DNA of 64,000 nucleotides from Candidatus Avilachnospira sp. (GCA_045652125.1 JAZRTT010000019.1:56337-120336); one strand, 5' to 3'; shown: positions 39,543 to 48,194, counted from the stretch's first letter. The notes: generated by a model from the sequence alone, not told the origin. A program made the numbers and translations.

Positions 39543-39553
39543 GTTTTATACCA
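39543..39553 (-). promoter_or_regulatory. Extended -10 promoter element for mazF
   Basis: The minus strand reads TGGTATAAA (TGnTATAAt type) immediately after the alr terminator T-run, ~75 nt upstream of the mazF start. Confidence 0.4.
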
Positions 39554-39590
39554 CAAAAAGGCTCCCGAACCATTCTATGCTTCGGGAGCC
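39554..39590 (-). terminator. Rho-independent terminator of alr
   Basis: GGCTCCCGAA-(11 nt)-TTCGGGAGCC followed by TTTTTG on the minus strand, 6 nt after the alr stop. Confidence 0.8.
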
Positions 39591-39595
39591 GTGTT

Positions 39596-40756
39596 TTATA
39601 CAATATATTGCAGAACCTCTGAAGCTCTGCCGTTCTGCAGATAGATCCGGGGAATCCGCTTGTTCACTCCACAGAGGATCTCATAGGGAATGGTGTCCAG
39701 CCGGGATGCCATTTTCTCACAGGGGAGTCCTGCACCAATGACCGTAGCTGCATCTCCCACCTGCGCCTCAGGAATATCCGTCACATCCACCATACAAAGA
39801 TCCATGCAAATTCTCCCGACCACCGGCGCAAATTTCCCGTGAATAAAAAATTCCGCCTGACCGGAAAGCCGTCTGGAAAGTCCATCGGCATATCCCATAG
39901 CCAAAACAGCCAGAGTACGGGGCTCCCGGGTGGTATAGGCTCTGCCATAACTGACGGAAGTTCCGGAAGGAACTTGCTGAAGCTGGCTGATGGTCGTATA
40001 GAGGCTCATCACAGGCTGCAGATCCAGAACACCGCAGACATCTGCCGAAGGGGAAACACCGTAGGCAGCAATTCCCGGGCGCACCATATCCATGGCGTAC
40101 TCCGGATAAAGAATGGTTGCCCCGGAATTGCAGCAATGGCGAATTTCCGGGGAAATGCCTGCCGATTCCATGGCTTCCAACGCCTGCGTAAAACGCTTAT
40201 ACTGCATCCCGGTATAAACCACGTCTGTTTCCTCGCGGCTGTCCGCCGTGCTGAAGTGGGTAAACACCCCTTCTACATGAAGATGCGGCATTCTGGCCGC
40301 CTGAAGCATTTTATCCAGTTCTTCCTGCTCTTCCACACGGAAACCAAGCCGGGTCATGCCCGTATCCAGTTTCAAATGGACATTGAGAATAAAGTTGGTT
40401 CCATCCAGAATATCATTGAGAGCCCGGGCATACTCCAGAGAGTGGACTTCCTGCACCAGATCCAGATAGATCATATTTTCCGCATACATGGGAGGTGTAT
40501 AACCCATAATCAGAATAGGTGTCCGTATGCCTCCCCTTCTGATCTGCACCGCTTCCTCCAGATTGGAAACTGCCAGATATTCTGCTCCCAGATCCACCAA
40601 TGCATGACTCATAGGTACAGCACCATGGCCGTAAGCATCGGCTTTCATCACCCCCAGAAACCGGCAGTTTCCGGGAATATGATTCCGAATCGCCCGATAA
40701 TTGTGTTCCAGAGCGTCTAAATTCACGTCCGCCCATGTTCGTTTCAACAGTTTCAT
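39596..40756 (-). CDS. alr: Alanine racemase
   Basis: PLP-lysine motif VMKADAYGHG. C-terminal ...GRICMDLCMVDV and IPYEILC motifs. Confidence 0.95.
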   Translation of the reverse strand: MKLLKRTWADVNLDALEHNYRAIRNHIPGNCRFLGVMKADAYGHGAVPMSHALVDLGAEYLAVSNLEEAVQIRRGGIRTPILIMGYTPPMYAENMIYLDLVQEVHSLEYARALNDILDGTNFILNVHLKLDTGMTRLGFRVEEQEELDKMLQAARMPHLHVEGVFTHFSTADSREETDVVYTGMQYKRFTQALEAMESAGISPEIRHCCNSGATILYPEYAMDMVRPGIAAYGVSPSADVCGVLDLQPVMSLYTTISQLQQVPSGTSVSYGRAYTTREPRTLAVLAMGYADGLSRRLSGQAEFFIHGKFAPVVGRICMDLCMVDVTDIPEAQVGDAATVIGAGLPCEKMASRLDTIPYEILCGVNKRIPRIYLQNGRASEVLQYIV

Positions 40757-40769
40757 ATGTTGTCCTCTT

Positions 40770-41342
40770 TTATGCTCTCAGTTGGAACTGAGAAATATCC
40801 ACTTCCAGACAGCGGACACCGTTACAGGCGATCTCCCCCCGAATCGGGTTGCCCAGGCTGTCCAGCCATGTATCCACTGTTAATTCTCCGTCACCATAGC
40901 CATCCAAATAGGTGATCCGATAGGTCTGTCCGTCCGATCCTGCGGAAGAAATATAGGCATTGCTCCAACAGGTTCCCAAAAGCCATGGTGCTTCCACAGC
41001 AGAAGTGTTTCCACCGGCCAGTACCCCAAAATCCAGCGCGACCCCGTCAAAATCCACCCCGGTACCTGTGTTGGAGACCGTCGCAGTGATCCCGGCAATT
41101 TCATCCGGCTCAAGAACCGTGACCACCGCGTTTTCACCGGCCGAATAATCACAGGAAACCGTGAAAGAATATACCCGATCTCCGAAATCCGCACCGATCT
41201 TGGCCGTAAATTCACAGCCGCCTGCACCCAGCAAGGCTGTTCTCAGCTCCAGGGCTTTTTGCATCGGTTCCCGGGGCTTTCCGCTGCAGCCGACCAAGGC
41301 CAACAGTATTATAACACAACAAATGACTTTCTTCCAGACCAT
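40770..41342 (-). CDS. Lipoprotein, LolA/DUF4367-like (YdcC-like by position)
   Basis: Lipobox LLALVGCSG and a beta-rich mature domain. It occupies the slot of ydcC immediately upstream of alr in the Bacillus acpS-ydcC-alr-ndoAI-ndoA arrangement. Confidence 0.55.
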   Translation of the reverse strand: MVWKKVICCVIILLALVGCSGKPREPMQKALELRTALLGAGGCEFTAKIGADFGDRVYSFTVSCDYSAGENAVVTVLEPDEIAGITATVSNTGTGVDFDGVALDFGVLAGGNTSAVEAPWLLGTCWSNAYISSAGSDGQTYRITYLDGYGDGELTVDTWLDSLGNPIRGEIACNGVRCLEVDISQFQLRA

Positions 41343-41354
41343 TTCCCCACATCC

Positions 41355-42215
41355 CTATGGCAAAAGTCGCGGAAGCGCCTCCAACACGTCACAAGGGCCC
41401 ATGGCATATTGTCCCAGGCGAGCCGATGCCAGATCTCCGGCACGGCCATGAAGCCATGCCGCCGCAGCCGCGGCCTCCAATACCGGAACCCCCTGTCCCA
41501 CCAGAGCCGTCAGTATTCCTGCCAGAACGTCCCCGCTGCCGCCAACAGCCATTCCGGCATTTCCTGTTCGGTTGACATAATGTTTCTTTCCGTCGGTGAT
41601 GACCGTTTCATGACCTTTTCTCAAAATCACAGTCTGCAGGTCTTTTGCCAGAATCGCTGCACCGGACACCCGATCCGCTTCCTCTGCCTGGGTCAACCGA
41701 CGAAATTCACCCTCATGGGGTGTTAGAATCAGCGGACAAGCCGCTCCGCGCAATACATCTTTATGCCCGACCATGGCATTTATACCATCTGCATCCAGAA
41801 TCAACGGGCAGGAACAATGCCGGATGATCTCCGGGATCAATTGATCCAGTTCCTCACTTCGGCCAAGGCCGGGGCCAAGAAGGCAGGCATCGACCGTTTC
41901 CATTCGCTGAAGGATCAGCGGCAGTGCTTCGGCAGAGAGTTTTCCCTCCCTGTCCGGCAGAGGAAATACCATAGGCGCATCCAGCTTAGCCGCTACAATG
42001 GGATATACCGACCGGGGCACACCCAAAAAGATCAGCCCTGCACCGGTACGCAGTGCCGCTTTTGCCGCCAGCGACGGTGCTCCGGTATAGCCTTCCGATC
42101 CACACAACAGCAAAATTCTGCCGTAATCCCCTTTGTGGGTATCCTGCACTCTTTCGGGACAATATTTCTTAATAAGGTATTGCCCCGTCTGCCGTGCCAA
42201 CCATGCTGCTTTCAT
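41355..42215 (-). CDS. nnrD: ADP-dependent NAD(P)H-hydrate dehydratase (YjeF C-terminal domain)
   Basis: THKGDYGRILLLCGSEGYTGAP...ILDADGIN...TPHEGEF...GNAGMAVGGSGDVLAGI. ATG at 42215 has AGGAGG upstream. Confidence 0.85.
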   Translation of the reverse strand: MKAAWLARQTGQYLIKKYCPERVQDTHKGDYGRILLLCGSEGYTGAPSLAAKAALRTGAGLIFLGVPRSVYPIVAAKLDAPMVFPLPDREGKLSAEALPLILQRMETVDACLLGPGLGRSEELDQLIPEIIRHCSCPLILDADGINAMVGHKDVLRGAACPLILTPHEGEFRRLTQAEEADRVSGAAILAKDLQTVILRKGHETVITDGKKHYVNRTGNAGMAVGGSGDVLAGILTALVGQGVPVLEAAAAAAWLHGRAGDLASARLGQYAMGPCDVLEALPRLLP

Positions 42216-42296
42216 GGACTCCCTCCTTTCTGCGATCAATTATACTATTTTCAAACTATGATGTCAAAATTTTATCAATATTTTGTAAAAACATGG

Positions 42297-42325
42297 TTGA
42301 CCTCGGCACTTCTCTGTGATACAAT
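42297..42325 (+). promoter_or_regulatory. Sigma-A type promoter for the rpmG-secE-nusG-rplKA string
   Basis: TTGACC (42297-42302), a 17-nt spacer, then TACAAT (42320-42325). Leaves a ~135-nt leader before rpmG. Confidence 0.5.
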
Positions 42326-42466
42326 AATCGCACCTGTGAAAAAGGGCTTATTTTTTTGCGCCCATTTTTCTACCGCGGAACCGGATACTGTGTAGTTTCG
42401 GTATCCCCTAAATTTTCCTGGGCCGCGGGACGTACAGGGAGGCAATGATTTAAGGAGGTGCCGATT

Positions 42467-42616
42467 ATGCGTGTGAAAATCACACTGAGATGCTCTGAGT
42501 GCAAGCAGAGAAACTACAACAGCATGAAAAACAAAAAGAATGACCCCGACCGTCTCGAAATGAAAAAGTATTGCAGATTCTGCAAGAAGCATACTGTCCA
42601 CAACGAGACGAAGTAA
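42467..42616 (+). CDS. rpmG: 50S ribosomal protein L33 (49 aa, below the ORF-track size cut-off)
   Basis: Hand translation: [49 protein letters not shown], with TAAGGAGGTG 7 nt upstream. Canonical position before secE-nusG. Confidence 0.9.
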   Translation: MRVKITLRCSECKQRNYNSMKNKKNDPDRLEMKKYCRFCKKHTVHNETK

Positions 42617-42652
42617 GGCATTGGCACTTACAATGCAGAAAGGGTGAACATC

Positions 42653-42889
42653 ATGGCAGAAGCCAACAAAAAGGAAAATTTTTTGGTTCGCAGCGGCAGG
42701 CGCATCGGTCGTTGGTTCCGTGAAATGAAAAGCGAACTGAAGAAGGTCGTTTGGCCCAGCAAGAGCCAGATGGTCAACAACACGCTGGTCGTTCTCGCCT
42801 GCGTTGTTGTCGTTGGCATTTTTATCTGGATTTTTGACGCCGTTGCCGGTCTTGTGGTCAATGGTATCATTACTCTGGTCAAAGGCTAA
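42653..42889 (+). CDS. secE: Preprotein translocase subunit SecE
   Basis: FFREMKSELKKVVWPSKSQMVNNTLVVLACVVVVGIFIWIFD: the conserved KV.WP motif plus a single TM. Confidence 0.85.
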   Translation: MAEANKKENFLVRSGRRIGRWFREMKSELKKVVWPSKSQMVNNTLVVLACVVVVGIFIWIFDAVAGLVVNGIITLVKG

Positions 42890-42898
42890 GGGATCGCT

Positions 42899-43423
42899 AT
42901 GGCAGAAGCAGCAAAATGGTATGTGGTCCACACATACTCCGGCTATGAAAATACAGTCAAAGCGACCATCGAGAAAACAGTTGAGACTCGCCATTTGGAA
43001 GATCTCATCCATGTTGTCTCCATTCCCATGGAGACTGTCACCGAGATGACAGACAATGGTCCCAAGACTTACGACCGCAAGGTATTCCCCGGCTATGTGC
43101 TGGTGAAGATGATCATGACGGACGAAGCTTGGTATATCATTAAAAATGTCCGCGGTGTCACCGGTTTCGTCGGTTCCGGCACCAAACCCACTGCCCTCAC
43201 AGAAGAGGAAGTGTCTCAGTTGGGTGTGGAAAAACATGAGATCGTCGTTAACTATGCCGTGGGCGACACGGTAAAGATCAATGACGGTCCTCTGACTTCC
43301 TTTACCGGCGTTGTGGATGAACTGGAAATCGAAAAAAACAGAGTTCGCGTCATCGTTTCCATGTTCGGACGCGAGACACCGGTCGAGTTGGAACTCGATC
43401 AGGTGGAGGTTGTGGAAAACTAA
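42899..43423 (+). CDS. nusG: Transcription termination/antitermination protein NusG
   Basis: KWYVVHTYSGYENTVK, FPGYVLVKM, and a KOW motif (VGDTVKINDGPLTSFTGVV). Confidence 0.95.
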   Translation: MAEAAKWYVVHTYSGYENTVKATIEKTVETRHLEDLIHVVSIPMETVTEMTDNGPKTYDRKVFPGYVLVKMIMTDEAWYIIKNVRGVTGFVGSGTKPTALTEEEVSQLGVEKHEIVVNYAVGDTVKINDGPLTSFTGVVDELEIEKNRVRVIVSMFGRETPVELELDQVEVVEN

Positions 43424-43519
43424 ACCAACGGCTGTTCATCAGCCAGAACGTGGGAGGGGCCACGGTCCCGCCAAAAATACGCTCTGCGTATCACCACATT
43501 TTTTCAGGAGGTGCTTATC

Positions 43520-43948
43520 ATGGCACAGAAAGTAACAGGTTATATCAAACTGCAAATTCCGGCAGCCAAGGCTACCGCTTCTCCCCCCGTGGGTCCTGCT
43601 CTCGGTCAGCACGGCGTGAACATTGCCATGTTCATCAAGGAATTTAATGAGCGTACCAAAGATCAGGCCGGTTTTAAGATTCCCGTTGTCATCACGGTCT
43701 ATGCCGACCGCAGCTTCACTTTTGTCACCAAGACGCCCCCCACTCCTACCCTGATCCTTAAGGCTCTGGGCATCGAGAGCGGTTCCGGTGTCCCCAACAA
43801 AAACAAGGTCGCTACCATCAGCCAGGCTCAGCTCCGCGAGATCGCCGAGAAGAAGATGCCTGATCTGACTGCTGCTACCATCGAAGCTGCTATGAGTCAG
43901 GTTGCCGGCACTTGCCGCAGCATGGGCGTTCTTGTTTCCGAAGACTAA
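43520..43948 (+). CDS. rplK: 50S ribosomal protein L11
   Basis: [38 protein letters not shown]-type signature (here ...[10 protein letters not shown]). AGGAGG lies upstream of the ATG at 43520. Confidence 0.95.
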   Translation: MAQKVTGYIKLQIPAAKATASPPVGPALGQHGVNIAMFIKEFNERTKDQAGFKIPVVITVYADRSFTFVTKTPPTPTLILKALGIESGSGVPNKNKVATISQAQLREIAEKKMPDLTAATIEAAMSQVAGTCRSMGVLVSED

Positions 43949-44040
43949 TCTAACGCTTGACCGAGGATTTCCGGTATTAGACCGGTCCTCATAAATACGT
44001 GGGAGGATTATTCCGAATCACCACTAAGGAGGATATTACA

Positions 44041-44730
44041 TTGTTTAGAGGTAAAAAGTATAAAGACAGCACAAAGCTGATCGACCGCAGCGTTCAGTAC
44101 GACGTGGCTGACGCCATGGGTCTGGTCGTTAAGGCAGCTCCTGCCAAGTTCGATGAGACTGTTGAAATTCACATCAAGTTGGGTGTCGACTCCCGCCATG
44201 CTGACCAGCAGGTCCGCGGCGCCATCGTCCTGCCCAACGGCACCGGCAAGACCCGTAAAGTTCTGGTCTTTGCTAAGGATGCCAAGGTTGACGAAGCTCT
44301 GGCAGCCGGCGCAGACTATGCCGGCGGCATGGAACTGGTTGACAAGATCACCAAGGAAAACTGGTTTGACTTCGACGTAGTCGTTGCTACTCCCGATATG
44401 ATGGGTGTGGTCGGCCGTCTTGGTAAGGTCCTGGGCCCCAAGGGTCTGATGCCCTCCCCCAAGGCCGGCACCGTGACCCCCAACGTTACTGCCGCTGTCA
44501 ATGAAATCAAAGCCGGTAAGATCGAGTATCGTCTCGACAAGACCAACATCATCCACTGCCCCATCGGAAAGGTTTCCTTCGGTGCTGAAAAGCTCCAGGA
44601 GAACTTCGAGGCTCTCATGGGCGCCGTCATCAAGGCCAAGCCCGCCGCTGCCAAGGGTCAGTACGTTAAGAGCTGTGTCGTGGCCTCTACCATGGGCCCC
44701 GGCATCAAGGTCAGCACTGCTAAATTCTGA
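44041..44730 (+). CDS. rplA: 50S ribosomal protein L1 (TTG start)
   Basis: (M)[21 protein letters not shown]...[24 protein letters not shown]...[29 protein letters not shown] at 44041 sits 6 nt after TAAGGAGGA. The longer ORF-track start at 43999 lacks an SD. Confidence 0.9.
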   Translation: MFRGKKYKDSTKLIDRSVQYDVADAMGLVVKAAPAKFDETVEIHIKLGVDSRHADQQVRGAIVLPNGTGKTRKVLVFAKDAKVDEALAAGADYAGGMELVDKITKENWFDFDVVVATPDMMGVVGRLGKVLGPKGLMPSPKAGTVTPNVTAAVNEIKAGKIEYRLDKTNIIHCPIGKVSFGAEKLQENFEALMGAVIKAKPAAAKGQYVKSCVVASTMGPGIKVSTAKF

Positions 44731-44746
44731 TTTTCTCAAAAAGTTC

Positions 44747-44775
44747 TTGACAAATTTTGCGGAACTTGATATGAT
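44747..44775 (+). promoter_or_regulatory. Sigma-A type promoter for rplJL
   Basis: TTGACA (44747-44752), a 17-nt spacer, then TATGAT (44770-44775). Confidence 0.6.
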
Positions 44776-44779
44776 ATTT

Positions 44780-44917
44780 TGGCTGCCAAAGACAGCAGGA
44801 GGCTTTATGCCGTAAAGGAACTTCCCTTCCTGCCGAGGTTTCGCAAAATGATAAGCATTTTGTGTCCTCACGTCTATGGCGTGAGGACATTTATATTTTA
44901 CTCGGAGGTGACACAAC
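44780..44917 (+). ncRNA. Candidate ribosomal protein L10 leader (autoregulatory attenuator)
   Basis: ~135-nt leader between the promoter and rplJ. It ends in a 10-bp hairpin TGTCCTCACG-(7 nt)-CGTGAGGACA plus TTTATATTTT (44863-44900), just before the SD GGAGGTG. Position and terminator-type architecture match the Firmicute L10 leader. No covariance model was run. Confidence 0.5.
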
Positions 44918-45610
44918 ATGCCCAACGCAAAGGTACTGGAGAGCAAAAAGGCAACTGTGGAAGCCCTCGCCGAAAAGCTGCAGAACGCTACTGCTGCTGT
45001 GTTCGTCGACTATAAGGGTATCAACGTCGCTCAGGATACTGAGCTGCGTAACCAGTTCCGTGCCGCCAATGTTGAGTACACCGTTGTGAAGAACACGCTC
45101 ACCCGCTTCGCCGCCAACAAGATCGGCTACGGCGATTTCGATGAGCTGCTCAACGGCACTACTTCCATGGCTTGTACCACCGGCGATCCCATCGCTCCGG
45201 CTCGTATCGTCAGCGAATTCGCCAAAAAGAACAAGGACGTCGTCAAGATCAAGGGCGGCATGGTCGAGGGTAAGGTCCTGACCGTGGACGAGCTCAAGGC
45301 TTTTGGCGAACTGCCCTCCAAGGACGCTCTGATCGCTCAGGTCCTTGGCACCCTGCTGGCTCCTATTACCAGCCTGGCCTTCGTGGTTTCTCAGATCGCA
45401 GAAAAGGGTGGCGCCCCTGTGGAAGCCGCTGCTCCTGCTGAAGAAGCTGCTGCTCCTGCTGAAGAAGCCGCTGCTCCTGCTGAAGAAGCTGCTGCTCCTG
45501 CTGAAGAAGCCGCTGCTCCTGCTGAAGAAGCTGCACCTGCTGAAGAAGCCGCTGCTCCTGCTGAAGAAGCCGCTGCTCCTGCTGAAGAAGCACCCGCTGA
45601 AGAAGCTTAA
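44918..45610 (+). CDS. rplJ: 50S ribosomal protein L10 with a ~60-aa A/E/P tandem-repeat C-terminal extension
   Basis: A normal L10 body (KATVEALAEKLQNATAAVFVDYKGINVAQDTELRNQFR...) through the L7/L12-binding helix region (LIAQVLGTLLAPITSLAFVVSQIAEKG). It is then followed by (EEAAAPA)n to the stop. Confidence 0.9.
   Translation: MPNAKVLESKKATVEALAEKLQNATAAVFVDYKGINVAQDTELRNQFRAANVEYTVVKNTLTRFAANKIGYGDFDELLNGTTSMACTTGDPIAPARIVSEFAKKNKDVVKIKGGMVEGKVLTVDELKAFGELPSKDALIAQVLGTLLAPITSLAFVVSQIAEKGGAPVEAAAPAEEAAAPAEEAAAPAEEAAAPAEEAAAPAEEAAPAEEAAAPAEEAAAPAEEAPAEEA
45422..45607 (+). repeat. 21-nt in-frame tandem repeat (about 8.5 copies) encoding EEAAAPA
   Basis: GAAGAAGCYGCTGCTCCTGCT is repeated head-to-tail. 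C and T alternate at one wobble position through the first four full units (a 42-nt higher-order unit). Two shortened units of 18 and 15 nt are present. Confidence 0.9.
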
Positions 45611-45655
45611 TTCAACAAACAAACCATTTACTACATTATTTGGAGGTAATTTAAA

Positions 45656-46033
45656 ATGGCATCCGAAAAGATCACTGCTCTCGTTGAAGAAGTTAAGACC
45701 CTGTCCGTTCTGGAGCTGTCCGAACTGGTTCACACTCTGGAAGAAGTTTTCGGCGTTTCCGCCGCTGCCGCTGCTGTCGCTGCTCCCGCCGCCGGCGCCG
45801 GTGCTGCTGCCGCTGAAGAAAAGACCGAATTCGATCTGGTCCTGAAGTCCGCAGGCGCCAACAAGATCGGCGTTATCAAGGTTGTCCGTGCTCTGACCGG
45901 CCTGGGCCTGAAGGAAGCTAAGGAAATCGTCGACAACGCTCCCAAGACTCTGAAGGAAGCTATGTCCAAGGACGACGCCGAAAAGGCAGCCGCCGAGCTG
46001 AAGGAAGCCGGCGCCGAGGTCGAAGTGAAGTAA
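45656..46033 (+). CDS. rplL: 50S ribosomal protein L7/L12
   Basis: [33 protein letters not shown]...[24 protein letters not shown]...[18 protein letters not shown]. Confidence 0.95.
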   Translation: MASEKITALVEEVKTLSVLELSELVHTLEEVFGVSAAAAAVAAPAAGAGAAAAEEKTEFDLVLKSAGANKIGVIKVVRALTGLGLKEAKEIVDNAPKTLKEAMSKDDAEKAAAELKEAGAEVEVK

Positions 46034-46053
46034 TTCACCTCTTAATGAAAAAT

Positions 46054-46079
46054 CGGATGACAACGTCATCCGGTTTTTC
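46054..46079 (+). terminator. Rho-independent terminator of the rplJL unit
   Basis: CGGATGAC-AAC-GTCATCCG followed by GTTTTT. Confidence 0.8.
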
Positions 46080-46174
46080 ATTTTTTCTGTGATATTATCA
46101 CAGAACTTTGGAAGAATATCTGTTAATATCACTCCATAAAGTTTATGAAAAAATTCGGAACGGAGGTATATGTC

Positions 46175-46921
46175 ATGCGTTTAAAAGACAAAGTAGCTAT
46201 CATCACAGGCGGAAGCCGTGGAATCGGCTTTGCCACAGCAGATCGGTTTTTGCAGGAGGGTGCAGCCGTTGTCATCACTGCCAGTTCCTCTGCCAACGCA
46301 GAAAAAGCAGCTGCTAAATTAAAGGCACTGCATCCTGACGGCAATGTTTCCGGGATCAGCCCCGATCTCAGCAGTCTGCAATCCGTCCGTGAGGCTTTCA
46401 GCCAGGTCGTTAAGCAGTATGGAAAACTGGATATTTTGGTCAACAATGCAGGCGTGTCGGAGAGTACCCCCTTCTCCGCCTATACAGAGGAAACCTTTGA
46501 TAAAGTCATAGATCTCAACGTCAAGGGTGTATTCAACGCCTCCCGGGTCGCCAGTGAGTATATGACAAATAGCGGAAGCGGTGTTATTTTGAATACCTCC
46601 TCCATGGTCAGCATCTACGGCCAGCCCAGCGGAATCGCCTATCCCACTTCCAAATTTGCCGTCAACGGCTTTACCCTGTCTCTTGCCAGAGAGCTTGGTC
46701 CTAAGGGTGTTCGTGTGAATGCGGTCGCACCCGGTATTACGGAAACGGACATGATGAAAGCCGTACCCAAGGAAGTCATTGAGCCCATGATCCGTCAGAT
46801 CCCCCTGCGTCGGCTGGGTCAGCCGGAGGACATTGCCAATGCCTTTGTATTCCTTGCCTCCGATGAGGCATCTTATATCACCGGCGTGATCCTTTCTGTG
46901 GACGGTTTGGCCAGAAGCTGA
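46175..46921 (+). CDS. Short-chain dehydrogenase/reductase (FabG / hydroxysteroid-dehydrogenase-like)
   Basis: TGGSRGIG cofactor motif, NNAG, and catalytic S...YPTSK. ATG at 46175 sits behind GGAGGT. The substrate cannot be assigned. Confidence 0.8.
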   Translation: MRLKDKVAIITGGSRGIGFATADRFLQEGAAVVITASSSANAEKAAAKLKALHPDGNVSGISPDLSSLQSVREAFSQVVKQYGKLDILVNNAGVSESTPFSAYTEETFDKVIDLNVKGVFNASRVASEYMTNSGSGVILNTSSMVSIYGQPSGIAYPTSKFAVNGFTLSLARELGPKGVRVNAVAPGITETDMMKAVPKEVIEPMIRQIPLRRLGQPEDIANAFVFLASDEASYITGVILSVDGLARS

Positions 46922-46923
46922 TA

Positions 46924-46948
46924 AAAGCTCCCCAATGGGGAGCTTTTT
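46924..46948. terminator. Bidirectional terminator between the SDR gene and the convergent polymerase gene
   Basis: AAAAGCTCCCC-AAT-GGGGAGCTTTTT. Confidence 0.7.
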
Positions 46949-48186
46949 CACAGTTTCACATGAAAAGCCACAGACTGAGCACCCTTTCTGGGATTTTCAA
47001 AGGGTAAAAGAGATGCCCGGCAGATGGCCTCCTCTCCAAATTTGTCCCGAATGGCATCCACCGCCGTATCCAGTTTTTCCAGTTTGTCGAATCGCACCGT
47101 ATCAAACACACTGTACTGCCGGTAGGGCTCATGGGACACCTTCCCCATTTGGACCCCCAACTGCCGCAGAGGTATTTTTCCGTCCCAGACCCTTGCCAAT
47201 ATGTCGCAGGCTGCTCCATAGATCTCCATTGTACTGTTGGTAGCAGAAGGAAGCTGTCTTTGGCTGGTAAAATTCTCAAACTGTGCCGTCCGCCACTGGA
47301 GCGTCACACAGCGGCCGGACTGTCCGTCCCGACGCATCCGGGCTGCCACCGTTTCGCAAAGGCACAAAAGCACCTGCTGGGCATAGACCGGTTCCGTCAC
47401 ATCCCACGGTGTGGTCATGGCATTGCCGTAGCCCTTATTTTCCGGAGCTTCTGAGATCACCGGGTCGGCGTTTCTTCCGTTGGCCAGATGCCAGATTGTT
47501 TCCCCGTGTTTGTGGAGCTTCTTCCGCAGTTCCCGGGGATCTGCCTTTGCCAATTGACCGATGGTATAAAGCCCCATGCGATGCAGCTTTTCTTCTGTGG
47601 CTCTGCCTACATAAAACAGCTCCCGTACCGGCAGGGGCCACAGTTTTTCTTCCATTTCCCAAGGGAACAAAGTCAGGACCTTATTGGGTTTTTCCAGTTC
47701 TCCTGCCATTTTGGCCAGCATTTTATTGGATGAAATGCCGATATTCACCGTAAATCCCAATTCCCGATAGATCTTGTCTTTCAGCCATTGGGCCGCAAAA
47801 ACAGGGCTGCCGTAGAGCCGCTGGGTCCCGGTCATATCCACCCAGGCTTCGTCCACGGAAAACTGCTCCACCAAAGGCGAAACCTGCCGCAGCATTGCCA
47901 TTAGCTTTGCGGAGGCGGACAAATACAGATCATAATCCGGCTCTGCCACCTGAAGTCCCGGGCATTTCTCCCGGGCCATCCCCAAAGGCTCCCCGGTTTT
48001 GATCCCGTACTTCTTGGCCGGGGTGCTCTTGGCCAGAACGATGCTCCGCCGGGAGTCCTTCTGCCCGGCAATGACCGAGGGGACTTCCCGTAAATCAAAG
48101 GTTTCTCCCAGCACCTTGCACCGATAAGCCGCCGTCCAGGAAAGAAACGCACTATTGACATCAATATGAAAAATCACCCGTTCCAT
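46948..48186 (-). CDS. Y-family (DinB/UmuC-like) translesion DNA polymerase
   Basis: IFHIDVNSAFLSW (first catalytic Asp), FSVDEAWVDMTG (catalytic DE), SSNKMLAKMAGELEKP, and the little-finger region. ATG at 48186 sits behind GAGGTGG. Confidence 0.85.
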   Translation of the reverse strand: MERVIFHIDVNSAFLSWTAAYRCKVLGETFDLREVPSVIAGQKDSRRSIVLAKSTPAKKYGIKTGEPLGMAREKCPGLQVAEPDYDLYLSASAKLMAMLRQVSPLVEQFSVDEAWVDMTGTQRLYGSPVFAAQWLKDKIYRELGFTVNIGISSNKMLAKMAGELEKPNKVLTLFPWEMEEKLWPLPVRELFYVGRATEEKLHRMGLYTIGQLAKADPRELRKKLHKHGETIWHLANGRNADPVISEAPENKGYGNAMTTPWDVTEPVYAQQVLLCLCETVAARMRRDGQSGRCVTLQWRTAQFENFTSQRQLPSATNSTMEIYGAACDILARVWDGKIPLRQLGVQMGKVSHEPYRQYSVFDTVRFDKLEKLDTAVDAIRDKFGEEAICRASLLPFENPRKGAQSVAFHVKL

Positions 48187-48194
48187 AGGCCACC

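Noticed and set aside
39260-39556. 98-aa ORF starting in the alr-mazF gap, considered as a possible missing MazE antitoxin.
   Set aside because: It overlaps mazF out of frame for about 200 nt. Its translation is Arg/Cys-rich with no RHH/AbrB/SpoVT-like N-terminal pattern, and its start lies within the terminator and promoter segment.
42275-43237. 320-aa minus-strand ORF spanning the rpmG-secE-nusG region.
   Set aside because: It is antisense to three canonical genes, including the hand-recovered rpmG. It has no SD and no motifs, and it crosses the intergenic promoter and leader sequence.
43949-44040. Possible L1-binding autoregulatory element between rplK and rplA.
   Set aside because: I could not identify a convincing mimic of the 23S rRNA L1-binding helix by eye. 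The site is usually upstream of rplK in bacteria. Left unannotated.
44891-46132. 413-aa minus-strand ORF, plus alternative-frame ORFs 45345..45845 (LLLLKK repeats) and 45366..45593.
   Set aside because: These are artefacts of the 21-nt tandem repeat in rplJ and of the Ala-rich rplL sequence. Any frame of a GAAGAAGCNGCT repeat stays open.
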